Below, piece after piece: positions 33,725 through 45,853 of a stretch of 64,000 bases of DNA. The first letter of the stretch is position 1, and the number at the start of each line of letters is the position of its first letter. The position numbers and the translations under genes are program-made. The stretch lies in NCBI GenBank assembly GCA_027923505.1, contig BROI01000023.1, positions 310,001 to 374,000 of the forward strand, read 5' to 3'. Under the pieces are notes generated by a model. It ran no database searches and was not told the DNA's origin. It saw only the letters and a program-made list of their open reading frames with translations. Source of the stretch: Mayamaea pseudoterrestris. Its lineage: Eukaryota.

Positions 33725-33864
33725 GATTCCGTCTCGCAGACAATTGTCACGCCGTCGTTCTTCGATCGCCGCAACATCTTCTCTCTTCATTACTCTCTTG
33801 TTTGAATGCTCTGATGCTGATGGAAGCACTAGAGTAGACTCACTGTTTACAACGAGAGAACAAT

Positions 33865-35243
33865 ATGAGGGACTCGATGACGCTGCAAGTTCGTCTTCTG
33901 GCTTTGCTTTTTGCGATGAAGGCATTGCAAGTCAACGCCTTCCTTCCAAGTGAACGACCATCGTTTCGACAGGCTTCACTCGACCGTTCAAATACGAAAC
34001 AATTTAAAGATAAGCCTAGTATACACTGCTCGTCGGTCGTTTGTGGAATTGCTCGCCGCGATGTCATTACGACAGCAGGCAGTGGATCAGTATTCGCAGC
34101 CCTTCTCGCTTCGTCGTCTTCATCGGCACTTGCGGCTTCCATCAGGACGAACAACGGCAACAACAATCACATTCTCGTTGATTCTCCCATGGTTCGACTC
34201 AAACTTCCACAAGCAGGACTTGGTAGAGAGTATGTTGCCGTCAAGCTAACACTACAGGGCAAGGGACCCTTTGATTTCATGGTGGACACTGGCTTGACAA
34301 CGGAACTCATTACTCCACACTTACAGCAGTCTCTTGGCATTTCGAAAGGAAGAAACACGATCCAAGGTCTTGCAGCGGGCGGGCAAACTATTCAGCAACA
34401 GCTTGTCGAACTAAAGGGCGCCGCACTCTGCAGTGAATCTTGTCGCGAGTCTGATTTGCTCAGACTACCAACGTTACATGCAGTAGTTACTGACTTTCCG
34501 CAGGAACATATTGATCCACGACATGATCCAGTGGAAGGAATGCTTGGCATGGAGCTACTGAGCTTGTTTGACGTTGATTTCGACTTTCCGAACAATCGCA
34601 TTCGATTTTGTAAACCAGGAACGGCGGCGAGAGCGGCGAATGCAAAGGGTGCGAAACTTGTGGAAATACCAGCGGTACGTATCGATGCTTTATTGAGAAA
34701 GCTTACGGCATGGTACTTACAATGGTTATGTTATTGCAGGTCGTCATAAATGAAACTGGTTTGATAGGTATTCGCGTCACAATTCAAGGTGCCACGCAAC
34801 CTATTCTTGGTTTCTTGGATTGCGGATCATCCTTTTCGTGCGTCAATTGGGCGTCGGCACCCTATTTAAATATTCCACCGAAGACGGATAAACGGTACCA
34901 AAGTATAGACAAGTATATTCAAGCAGTTGGCGTTGATGGCCGCATGCTGAAACTACCACTGGTGCGCAAGCAAGTTACATTTGCTGGTAATCCAAAAGTT
35001 GATGGGGCGGGTAGGCCCACGGGTTTCGAACCACCATCATCGTCGTTCAAGCCTTGGCAAGCGGTCGACCTTGGTGTCGGCGACGTTCCAGCCTTTGCGA
35101 GCATTCTCGGCGATGGAATACATCCGTTCGATGGACCTGCAGCACTGATAGGACTCGACATTCTATCGCAGCGACGTGTGATTTTTGAAGCAGGCAGCAG
35201 TCCAAATTCGAGAGCGAGACGAGTTTATGTTAGTGCGGCGTAA
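33865..35243 (+). CDS. Plastid-targeted two-domain retropepsin-like aspartyl protease; join(33865..34674,34740..35243)
   Basis: Signal ending VNA-F and an RR motif. Domain 1 has FMVDTGL...GMLGMELL and domain 2 has FLDCGSS...LIGLDIL. A 65-bp GT-AG intron joins them. The start may be the second Met at 33877. Confidence 0.85.
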
Positions 35244-35406
35244 AGAATGAGAATGTAGCGCACGTCAGCAATCGACTGATAAAGTAGCAATTTCTCTCGC
35301 AAACAAGAGGCTACTGACTTTACACTAAAGAACTTATTCAAGAGCACAGCTAGCACCAGCTAAAATAAGCCTGTGTAATCTTGCGTTGTAATTATTTTAT
35401 TTACTT

Positions 35407-37050
35407 TTAAGTTATTGTTATGCGTACGTGTGTGCGTCTAGCTTTTGCAGCAGCTTTGATGCGCGAGTCCATGCTAGCAGCAACTGGCGTGCTGCGTTTA
35501 CTTTTGCTGGCCTTGCGTATTGAGTTGTCCGACTTGGAAGCAGCAGTGGGCGTGCTGGTCTGGTTCATTTTGGCCTCGTGAAAGCGACTGTCCGTGTTGG
35601 CGGCGACCGGCGTGCCGGGCTTGTTTTGGTTGGCCTTCCGGAAACGATTTAAACGCTGCTGGCGACTTCGTTGCAAGTATCCGGATCTGGCCCATTCCGG
35701 AATGGATGCCGAGTAACCAGTGGTTGGACTCGCGAGCTGCTCGTAACCTTGAGGAGTGGTTTTTGGGGAAGGAGAGCTGAGAATTTCGTTCGGTTGGGGT
35801 GGCTCAAAGACGAGCACCGGATCGTTGGCCATATTCTTCTCGTTGGTTTTTGCGCCGAGACTGTTGGTATCAACTTCGGACTTTTCTTCAGAGTCGGACG
35901 ACGAAACCTTGACGCGCGACCTCAACTTGGCATGCATGTTATCAACTCGTTTCTGTTCCGAGCCTAACTTGCTTATCAGCGCATCGTATCTCTCACCAGG
36001 CGTACTACCCGCACTACTCGCCCTTGCCTCCTTGTTCAATTTAAGGCCGGGGATACGAAAACGACTATGAAGGCGGGGCGATGCTTCCAAACCGTCGTGT
36101 TCTAGCAAGCCATCCGATGATACGCTTGTTCGCTTGTTGGGCGCAAGGAGGCAAACGATATCTTCCTCGCCATTTTCTTTGTCTTTTTGAAGATTGTCAT
36201 CAATCGCAAGCTCCCACGTGGAGGGCTCGTCAAACGAAGCGGTTGCGGATTCCGTAACTAGATGCGCCTCCTTTATCTGACAAGATGGGGTGACAGCTTC
36301 GGTGTGGAATGACCGAGAACTGACCGGTTTGTTGCACGATGGCGGCTTGGTGTCACTGTCTTTGCTATAGTAGTCATCCGGATTGGTAATAATGGTGAGA
36401 GCGGGTCGAACATTTGTGCGTTTAGGTGTTGGTGGAGCTGAATTCATTGGCAACTCTATCGCATCTGCTGCAATTGCAATAGTCGCATCAGTGGTTTCCG
36501 CGATTGTTGTCTCCTCTAGTTCGCCCTCCACTGCTTCACTAAAGCTTTTACTTGGTTCTTTTTCGACTAGTTTTGGTTCCGGTACCGCCATCGATGGAGC
36601 CGCAACAATGGATCGTTCGGCAATATTGGTCAGCGCCAACTCCTCCTTGTTGCAACCGTTCCGTGTCATCGACTGCTCCAAGGCATGATTCTCATCCATT
36701 CTCTTGTTCAGTTCAAACAAAGAATCGAAATCGAACGTTTTTGCTGGACCAAGCAAACTAAAATCGTAGGAAAGTTGTAATGCAGATTCGCGGCGGACAG
36801 AGTCGCTGGACGGATCAAGCCGTTCGTCCGTGTCAATATCGTCGCGAACGTTAAAGAAGAAGGGGACATTCGGACTCCTTGGCGGACTGTCGAGCAAAAA
36901 GTCTGTGTTAATTTCTGGATCAAAGGAGGCCGACGGTGATAGATTGTAGTCGGAATGTTTTGGCGTTAGCAAGGGATGATGCTGATCCGGCTGAGGTGCA
37001 AAGATTCTCGCGAGCCCTGGAGTTTGGCGGACTGCTTTCGTTAAACCCAT
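35407..37050 (-). CDS. Hypothetical low-complexity protein (acidic N-terminal half, basic C-terminus)
   Basis: ORF of about 547 aa from the first ATG, with a short internal repeat TPVAAxxDSR. Confidence 0.6.
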   Translation of the reverse strand: MGLTKAVRQTPGLARIFAPQPDQHHPLLTPKHSDYNLSPSASFDPEINTDFLLDSPPRSPNVPFFFNVRDDIDTDERLDPSSDSVRRESALQLSYDFSLLGPAKTFDFDSLFELNKRMDENHALEQSMTRNGCNKEELALTNIAERSIVAAPSMAVPEPKLVEKEPSKSFSEAVEGELEETTIAETTDATIAIAADAIELPMNSAPPTPKRTNVRPALTIITNPDDYYSKDSDTKPPSCNKPVSSRSFHTEAVTPSCQIKEAHLVTESATASFDEPSTWELAIDDNLQKDKENGEEDIVCLLAPNKRTSVSSDGLLEHDGLEASPRLHSRFRIPGLKLNKEARASSAGSTPGERYDALISKLGSEQKRVDNMHAKLRSRVKVSSSDSEEKSEVDTNSLGAKTNEKNMANDPVLVFEPPQPNEILSSPSPKTTPQGYEQLASPTTGYSASIPEWARSGYLQRSRQQRLNRFRKANQNKPGTPVAANTDSRFHEAKMNQTSTPTAASKSDNSIRKASKSKRSTPVAASMDSRIKAAAKARRTHVRITIT

Positions 37051-38446
37051 GTTCAAGGCGAGGAGATTGCTGATGATTGCTTTATCGAATTGAGCGTGTG
37101 TATGTCTTGTCGGCCGTTCCAAGGAAGATGATGTGTGTGTGAGCGAGAAGGTAGACAAGATTCGAGCAGTTTCTTCGACGTGTCCATCGCCTTTCGGCGA
37201 GAAACGTGAGTAACCGACTTGCCGCCCGGCGCGAAGCTAGCCGAAGTGATGCTACGACACAAAAAAGCCAATCAGATTCAAGCCAGCATGATTGCGACCA
37301 TGAGAATCTTGCGCTCGCCTCACAAGTCAACAAGCGTTTCAACCATTACCTCTATTAGAGCTTTAGTCGACTGGCATTGTCACACACAGATCAATACCAT
37401 ATGTAAGCAGTACAAGGTGACACAGGCATGCGTCGTCACCAATGGATCTGCATTTTGCGTCATCAATTTCGAACATCAATCGCCCCATCGACTGCATAGA
37501 AAGCAAGATCGTTCGTCAATATCTTTCCTACCGCGATCCGTTGCTGCAAAAGCGTATATTGATTTTGTTGGTTTTGTACAATGGAATATCATTGACGACT
37601 CTAGCGAGCGAATTGCAATGTATACATGTCGCGATTCGGCAAGCGACTCGAGAGACTCGAGACTCGAGTTGACCATCGCACATCGCACCCTGGATCAAGG
37701 TTAACCGACAAGAAATGTCGGGTACGTTCAGTGTCACGTGATCCGTTCATATATAAGTCAATGGCTCGTCTCTCTGTTAATATTAACGCGACATGCTGCC
37801 TGAGAGACACGGAATCGCCTCGTTACTCATGCCTTTTTTTAAGTACAGTATGCACGACCTCGGCGCCCTATTGCTTGCTCTGATTGCCTGTAAACTCCAC
37901 TTTTAGATTTCCTGACTGGCAGGCTTAACCAACTGGAACAACCATTTACTAGCAGCTTTTGAACTGGGTCCGTCTTAGACCTGTTCTTTGGGACGATGGA
38001 CATTCTTTTACATGACGTGATCGGAGTTTTTCTGTTGGTTCTTTGCACATTCTCGAAACATGACCGGAGCTTTGATATGATCGTTTTATCCGAAGGAACG
38101 CTTTCTATTAATACCATTAATACCATTTGTTTTTGGAAAGAGATTGATCTATGTAAATTGCGACTTTGCAGAGTGCTCGGAGCGGACATGGCCTCGCGCA
38201 GGTTGGCGACACGAGCCTTTCAAGTCGCGATGTCGTCGAGCGAGCGAGAGTTGAGGTTTCTAATGCATTAAATAATAGAGTGAAGGGTAGCGAACATTGA
38301 GGCGAGTACAGTCGTCTACGTGACGCTTGGCTTGTAATGGTGCAGTATGATGACGAACATTGCAAGTGCGACACGGTAGCTCTGTCAGGCATTGCTCACT
38401 AAACAACATTAGAAATCAATTGTTAACTTGAATGTTTCTTTAAATA

Positions 38447-39343
38447 TTATTTGCAACCATTGGTTCCGCCAAACTCCTTGACGACTCGAATCATGTCGTC
38501 AAAGTCAGTCACAAACCAATCGGCCAGAGCCTTGACGGGTTCACGCACAACGACGCCTCCAAACCCCACAAACGCCTTGGCCGGCGGCTTGGCTTGAGCA
38601 TCCGTCGCTCCATCTCCTACCATGACTGCCGTATGGTAGTTGTTGGCTTGCAGTATGCTTTGTACAGCCTTTGGCTTGCCCATGTCGCGCGAGGTTGGTT
38701 CGTTGCGATCAAAGTCTTGGTAAGCGCCGTTGGAGTCGAAAATCAGAGTATTTGCGACAATGTTTGCTTTTGAAATGTTCAGTACTTGAGCGACTGGTTC
38801 AATCATGAGTCGAAAGCCCCCGCTGACTAAATAGACGGCCTTGTCTGCATGTTGCAGTGTTTGAATGAGTTCTGCGACTCCAGAAGAAAGCTGCAATGGA
38901 TGAGCCTGTAGACAGTCTTGAATTTGCTGGTGACTCGGCCGCAAAAGCTCCAGACGAGCCTGCAGAGCATCCTGGAACTTCATGCCGCCTTCCATGGCTT
39001 GCTTGGTCAAAGCTGCTACTTGCTCGCCATAGCCGAGATGATCGGCCAAGACGTCAATGCCTTCCTCCTGAATGACGGTCGAGTCGACGTCAAAACAAAC
39101 GCAATCGGCAGTCGCTAAGGCATACATGGCGCTAGCAACGTCATTTCCAGTGAATTGATTACTATTTGACGACATGATTTGATAGATTTCTTCGGCCGTT
39201 TTGGCCGACATGCCGAGTGGAGTGGTGCGCGTCACCATGGAGCGGCGCGAATTTCGCACTAGCTTGAGACTTTGAGTCGAACATCTAACCAAACTACTCG
39301 ATTGATGGTTGAGCAGAGCTGCTCGCACCAGGGAGGTCCTCAT
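38447..39343 (-). CDS. PSPH: Phosphoserine phosphatase (HAD family) with an organellar, probably mitochondrial, presequence
   Basis: CFDVDSTVIQEEGID, AMEGG, LVSGGF and MVGDGATD...PPA motifs; R/S-rich N-terminus. Confidence 0.95.
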   Translation of the reverse strand: MRTSLVRAALLNHQSSSLVRCSTQSLKLVRNSRRSMVTRTTPLGMSAKTAEEIYQIMSSNSNQFTGNDVASAMYALATADCVCFDVDSTVIQEEGIDVLADHLGYGEQVAALTKQAMEGGMKFQDALQARLELLRPSHQQIQDCLQAHPLQLSSGVAELIQTLQHADKAVYLVSGGFRLMIEPVAQVLNISKANIVANTLIFDSNGAYQDFDRNEPTSRDMGKPKAVQSILQANNYHTAVMVGDGATDAQAKPPAKAFVGFGGVVVREPVKALADWFVTDFDDMIRVVKEFGGTNGCK

Positions 39344-39859
39344 GGTCAAGCTTGTCTGTGCTCGTCGAAATATCGGATGGAAGATGATGATGTGCGGTGG
39401 CGAAGCAAAACATAATCATGAATACAATGTTCACAGTTCAAGTTGAAGTTGAATTCAAGGTTATGATTGGCTCGCAATACGTATCTAGAGGTGCAGATTA
39501 CTCATACAACCACGTCATAGTTTCCTCCTCCGCACGACTTAACTTTGCCCCTCGTTTTGATCACGCCGTCGTTTATCAAACAAAATGCACTTCATGACGA
39601 AGGCGAAGCTTCCTAATCATTGCGATAATATTGATTCACAGGATCTCGTACCTGCTTGCTGAAAGCTGTCAATATAGTTGACTTGCATCGGCGACAAAGA
39701 GGTTTTGAAACGTTCGTTTGCGGCTCGATCAAGTCGAGAGGTGATAAATTGCGTCGGCCGGAGGGAAAGAGCCTCACCCATCTGCCGATCAAATCGACAA
39801 CAATCCACTGGCGCTGGAGGAATCACTCACAAACACCTTTGTACAATTACCAATCTCGC

Positions 39860-41187
39860 ATGTCGCATGATCCAAGAGCGTATCATGACGGTAATGCTAA
39901 ACGTCAATGGCCTAACGTAGCGTACCCAACCTCGATTCATTCTGATTTTGATGCCGCACCTTATCGTCCAGTCGATTCGCACAGTTCCGCTACCGGTGGC
40001 GGATACGGCGGCTCCAGTGGACATTACCATGGACTATATTCTCGACAAGATGATAGGGAAATGGTGCAAAGTACCTACACGCACCAACATCCTACTGCAT
40101 ATGGAGGGCAGCATTACTATTCCAATCCACCGCATATCCAAAGTCAATGGGCATTCCACAATACGGGAGCAGCAGTGCCGACCATTTTCGAATCATCATT
40201 TCCCAACATCAACTCCGCTCCTTGCTACACGAGCACTACATCGGCAAGCATTGCTAGACTCGAACCTTGCAACGGCTTCTCAACCGTCCGTGAGCCTCGA
40301 CACTTTGAGGCGGACGAACATTCAGGCTCAACATCCACCGAAGCCTCCAAACACATACGAAGCACCAAGCGCAGAGCATCAGCGACAGGCAAACGTTTTG
40401 CCTGGACAGACTGTTTGCACCGGAGCTTTGTCAATGCCATCTTTACGACTGGCTTGAAACAGTGAGTGGGTCCGCGCGATGAGTGTTTATCTTTTAGCTT
40501 CTTTAACTCACTCTTTCCCCTTTACATACTACTAGCTCACTACCAGTGGAGCTAATTCAGTCAAAGCACTTTACATCTCTGAGACATAAAGTCTGTCCCG
40601 ATGACGTTCAAGCTACGTTACAAAAGTACCGGGCGCACGAAGCAGATGTACAAAGCCTTCTGCAAGCAGCGGAAGGCGCCTACAGGACGAAACGAATACG
40701 AATGAGCGAGCAAGCTCTTTCAATCAAATCTAGCGGCGACGTCGATTCGCTGAACGCGGATACACAAACAGCTCATGGCGCGACGCATTGCCATCTGACC
40801 CTACTCGCCTTGACGGAGGACGAAGAAAAATCTTCACTGGGGCTGTCACTAGGCAGCCTCATGGAACTTCTCAAGACACTGGAGGCTAAACTTATCATAC
40901 AAAGAGCTGCTACCAAGGTGCAAACCTCGAACGATTGCGAATCATCTTCATCGAAAAACGAGAGCGCTTTTATTTCCAGCGAGGCCAATGCACAAGGGCC
41001 AATGAACGCGCCCTCAGCACCGGCTCCGTCGCAATCTTCCATCAACGGGCCTGCAAAAGGCTCGCCGCAGTTGGCGAATGTACCACCAATGCCACGAAAA
41101 GGATCAATATCAGAGATTGAGTCCTTTGGCGTCGCCAGTCTGGTAGAAGGTATGCAGAACGATGAACCTTTGTTTAGCTATTTATAA
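39860..41187 (+). CDS. GARP/SHAQKYF-type Myb plus coiled-coil transcription factor, paralog 1; join(39860..40461,40536..41187)
   Basis: KRFAWTDCLHRSFVNAIFTTGLK, a phase-2 intron, helix 3 VQATLQKYR, LTEDEEKSSLGLSLGSLMELLKTLEAKLIIQR, and terminal DEPLFSYL. Confidence 0.85.
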
Positions 41188-41741
41188 ACTTTATAATTGG
41201 TTTCGCTTTGAGCTAGCGGTATGAAGGGCAATGAAGCTGGTAAGCCTCATTCTGTATACTAAAACAGATAGGAGTCGATACTAATATGAAAGAGAATGAT
41301 GTAAACGTAGATGATGAGTATGTACCATCGTCATAAGCGCGAGACTGCGACAGCAGGGCGCATGCGGAAAAGATCCGTTGCACGATCGATGACGTCAGTT
41401 GTGAGTTGCAGGTTCTTCTTGCAACGTGGTTCCCGATCTCTTGACTCCAGATTCGAAAACCTCCAGCAGCACTTCACACGCGTGCCCTTCTGTGCCCCGG
41501 CATTTGAGACGAATTGCGCATCGCCATCGTGAGTCGATTTATTATCCTTTGCAGCCTCCATAATCGTACCGCCTACCCATACTGCTCAAGCCCCGACTAA
41601 CACGGTCAATCTAGTTCCGCAGTTTGAAGGTAGATACATGATACATGGAAGTTGAAATTTGACAGATTCATCCGTTCGGTCCACTGAATCTTCCCTTAGC
41701 TTGGCGAATCAACCTCAAACGAGTCCGAGCGTCCGAGCAAC

Positions 41742-43059
41742 ATGTCAGGCTATCAAGCTGGCGACAATAGAGGTGACTGGCCTGCCGATGCATATTCATC
41801 CTCGTATCAAACTTTTGAAAGCATGGCGCATATGACTGACGCCTACGGATACACCTATACAATGAACCCTCGCGGAGGGTATCCAGGAGAATGGGCTGCA
41901 CCACACCAATCGTATCTAAACCACGTCCATGAAAGCAATGCCTTCGGGCAGCAGCAATACAACCAGGCAGGTGCTGGGTGGATGCCATACTATTTGGGTC
42001 GTTCGAATCCGGCCATTTACGAAACTGCGTACGACGACGTGACTCCACAAGGCTATGGGTCATACATGGTGGAAGAACAGCAAGGAAATGCCAGTATAAC
42101 AATCAAAGCCAGGTTAAAAGTATCCGACACCAGTGATCAAATTAGCTCCGTGTCAACCAGTGGCTCGATTTCTATAATGAGAAAGAAGCGGCGTAAAGTG
42201 GGAGCTCGCTTCGCGTGGACAGACCCGCTGCATCGCGATTTCGTTATAGCCATTTTTTCGATGGGTCTGAAAAGGTAAGAACGTGATAGTATCTACTCTT
42301 GCGAGGCTTGCCCGTTCTGGTTTGCTAATGGTCTTTTTCACGACCACCTTCAGCGCGTCACCTGAGGAGCTTGTTCACTCGATTCGCCATCAAACGAATA
42401 GCAAGCTGATAGCAACCGATTCTGTCAAAAATGTTTTGGAGATGTATAAAGATGCATTGCCATCTACGAAGACAAAGCTAGCGACTACACTCGACGCTAA
42501 GACGGATGCAACTGGGAAACGCAAGCTGTCCGATGATCCAGGCGACGAAACAAGTACTTCCCACAGTGCCTGCGCCTCCATGACAAGGCCTGTCAAGACT
42601 CACATCTATCTAGACCTACCAAACCTAACCGAAAATGAAGCAATGTCGAGCTTGGGAGCATCGCTCGGCAACCTTGTCCGCCTGTTGAAATCGTTAGAGA
42701 ACAAGCTTGTCGTGCAACGACGAGAATGTGAATCCGCCGCAGTGAAGCATACTATTACGGTGGCGACGCCGGCGGTGTCACAATTGTCACATGAGTTGAC
42801 TACAGCGGTTGTAAAATTCGACGTTTGCCGCTCAGCAAACGAAGTTGCGGTTTCAAAAGCTGGGCAACAGTTGCCGACTACAATTCATGATGGGGACTTA
42901 CCAAATCGATTCGCGTATCCTTCTCTAGCACCAGCCAGTCGCATGCCTGACAACAGCAGGAATCAAATGCGCCCCGAAAAAGATGCGATAGTGGACGTGG
43001 GTCTAATTGACGGCCGTATGGACGATGAACGAATGTTTAGCTACCTCAAAAGCTTGTAG
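41742..43059 (+). CDS. GARP-type Myb plus coiled-coil transcription factor, paralog 2; join(41742..42274,42354..43059)
   Basis: RFAWTDPLHRDFVIAIFSMGLK, the same intron position, VKNVLEMYK, LTENEAMSSLGASLGNL...LVVQR, and terminal DERMFSYLKSL. Confidence 0.85.
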
Positions 43060-43548
43060 GGAAAACACCGCGAAGGCCTCCTCGTTTCTGATACGTCTCG
43101 TAAATACAATCTGCTAGCTGTAATGTTGTTGCATGTTGTTCGTCGCTTTCCATCTTCTTGGCATAAAATATACAAGTAGGGAAACTGTGGCTTCATTTCC
43201 ACTACGTCCATAGTTATATGTCCCACCGCGCGCCCATCGTGTTCTGCGTGGCTTCCCGTTGGCGCTTGAGCAAGGCCTTCGACGCTTCAACCAACGAGAT
43301 TCATACACCGAATCATGTCGACTATCTTGCCTAATGATGTCATGCACCTCGTCAAACTATATGCAAGTATAAAAACATCGTTTTTGGGCATCACATCCCG
43401 GTAGAATTGCTTTGGCTAGGCTCTTTATTTTGTAAGCAAATTTGGATTGATATCTGTACCCGTCCCCACCCGAACCTGTTGAGGTCGCAAGATGCCCAGA
43501 GATTCTCCGGATCAAGCCCAAAAGCCACAAACCATTTCCCGGTAGATA

Positions 43549-44987
43549 ATGTCAGAGCTTCCTGATGGCTATCCCCGGGTGAGTAGCCGTGACACGAAGC
43601 AAGTAGTTCAAAATCCCGCCGCAGTCAGCTACCCTAGTGATGCACCGGAGACTCCTCCAGTGCACGGCTTCGAAACCCATCCAATGAGTTCAAACTATCG
43701 CGACTGTTTAGAATTAGAGCGGAAAACGGCATCCTTTACAGAAGTGCCTCGCTTCTCGCAACAAAATAGCCATCATTTTGGTCACAAGCAGCATCCATGG
43801 GTCAATCCGTTCGTTCGTTTACCAATGCAACATCCGCCGATGTCCGCAGGGCATGCAGACTCTAGTGGCTATGCCCTAAGCTATCCATTGACCAACCATT
43901 CGACTGCAAGGAAGCGACATCGAAACGAGCAATTCTTGTCAGAAAACGCAGCGGCGGCCCGATACGACGCGTCAGAGGAGAAGAATAGGCAAAGGTCGAA
44001 GAGATTTAACTGGTCGGATGATCTGCATCGCGACTTTGTTAGTGCTGTATTTATAACAGGTCTTAACATGTAAGTCAAGCGTGTCATCTGTAAAATTTGT
44101 GCCGTTAACTCGCTTTCTCACTATCGAATCGTCATTGTCTTTGCAACAGCGCAACTTCTGGCCAGCTTCAAGAGGACATGAATGCCGAAATTCCTCAAGC
44201 ACCATTCAAAAGCATTAAGCACTACCTGTCCAAGTATAAAACTGAGCAAGAAGTCATTCGAAAGACGCAATTGAGCTTTGCCTCGCCTTCGACGAACGAG
44301 ACGCCTCACAACCGAGCCAAAGCCATCGCTGAGCGCGACAGTCATACTCGGCGTACCTCTGACTCGGGAGTAGAGCAAGTGGGCATACCTGCCTCGAAGC
44401 AGTCGTCAAGAGATATTGAACGAAAGGATGAAAAAGAGCTTATCGTGCCAGCACTCACCAATGACGAAGCTAACTCGCACCTTGGAACGTCGTTAGGCTA
44501 CTTGATTGGTATTCTCAAGTCTTTGGACGAGCAACTGACACGACAGCGCGCTAGGAGTACTAGCAAACACCAGAGTGCCGGTTTAGCACCTCGCCCGACT
44601 AACTTTGGAATTTCCTCGACAGGAATGCATGACTACACACGAGTCTTCTTTGCCGACCTTACTACAGAACTGGGCAGCGACTCTCCGTTTTTTGTCGCAT
44701 TGGATGTCACAGTCAATGAGGACGCTTCATCACCACCAAAAAACGATTTGCCTTTTTCTCGTCCTACTAAACAACCGACTCAGGTTCAAGAGTCGTGTCT
44801 GTCCGACTGCATGGGCAGAATTGACGATGACCATTTAGTGGACGAAAAGCTCTTTGACTTCCTGAGGACCTTACAGCTGCCTAAAAGAGAGGCGGAGATT
44901 TACACTTCGCTGACTATTTTTACGACCTCGACACCGCAAAATATTCCAATAATAAAAATTAACATCGCAAAAAGGCTTAACCTTTAA
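43549..44987 (+). CDS. GARP-type Myb plus coiled-coil transcription factor, paralog 3 (C-terminally extended); join(43549..44069,44150..44987)
   Basis: KRFNWSDDLHRDFVSAVFITGLN, the same intron, IKHYLSKYK, LTNDEANSHLGTSLGYLIGILKSLDEQLTRQR, and DEKLFDFL followed by a read-through tail. Confidence 0.83.
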
Positions 44988-45853
44988 CCTTAAGTTGGCT
45001 AAAATTGCCAATTATAATTGAATTGGGAGTGATCAACCGCTCGAGGATTGCAGTTTTAATTGGACGGCTTGGAGACTGCCAATCGGATTGCAATAAATTG
45101 TTTCCAGGGTATGCTGACACGGTAGGCAAAAACTTGCGTACAGTAGCACACGGGTCATATGTTTATACTACTTATACTACCAGTTGTGCTTCCCAGATTC
45201 CAGTGTCCATTGCCGGAATAACAGGCGAGGGCGGTCACAGTCCAGTTGCAAGTTGAAGTAGAGCGTCATAATTTTACTCAAATTGCGCGGGAAAAGTGTC
45301 ATTGCACCTCGTGTTCCCATGCGACGTGCACGAGCAGCTTTCTTCTCCTTCCTATCTGCGCATTTTGAACTTCTATCGACCGACTCGATCAGCAGCCCAT
45401 CGGCGAAGTGCGGCTCTCATTAGCCGCTACTGTCTTCAAGAGCAGTATTGGAGCTGCATTGTTACTTTGCAATACGAAGTGTTAAAACGAGCGAATAGCT
45501 AAACAATCCCAGCGCTTGTCGCCAACTCGTCACCGCGTTGTTCAACTAGGTACGAGGCTGTTTTGAAAATGCCGATATTTTACGAGCAATACGAGTATCC
45601 GCTGTCAGAAGAAGCACAAGACATGAAAATCCCCACAAAGCAAATAACAGGATTTATCGCTCAATTAGGCATCTGATCCCAGAGCCGCCAAAAGAATTGC
45701 CAATATTTTGAGCGCCAATAAATTGTTTCCAGGGTATGCTCACGAGTACTCATCAATCATCATGCGCCAACACACCTACCACGCCCTGCTCCTTCCGTTG
45801 CAACATCCGATCCGAATGGCAACTTTTACACTGCGCAACAATAATCGTACTGC

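Noticed and set aside
34167..34400. Aspartyl protease as evidence of an LTR retrotransposon
   Set aside because: No gag, RT, integrase or LTRs are present, and the gene has a targeting presequence and an intron.
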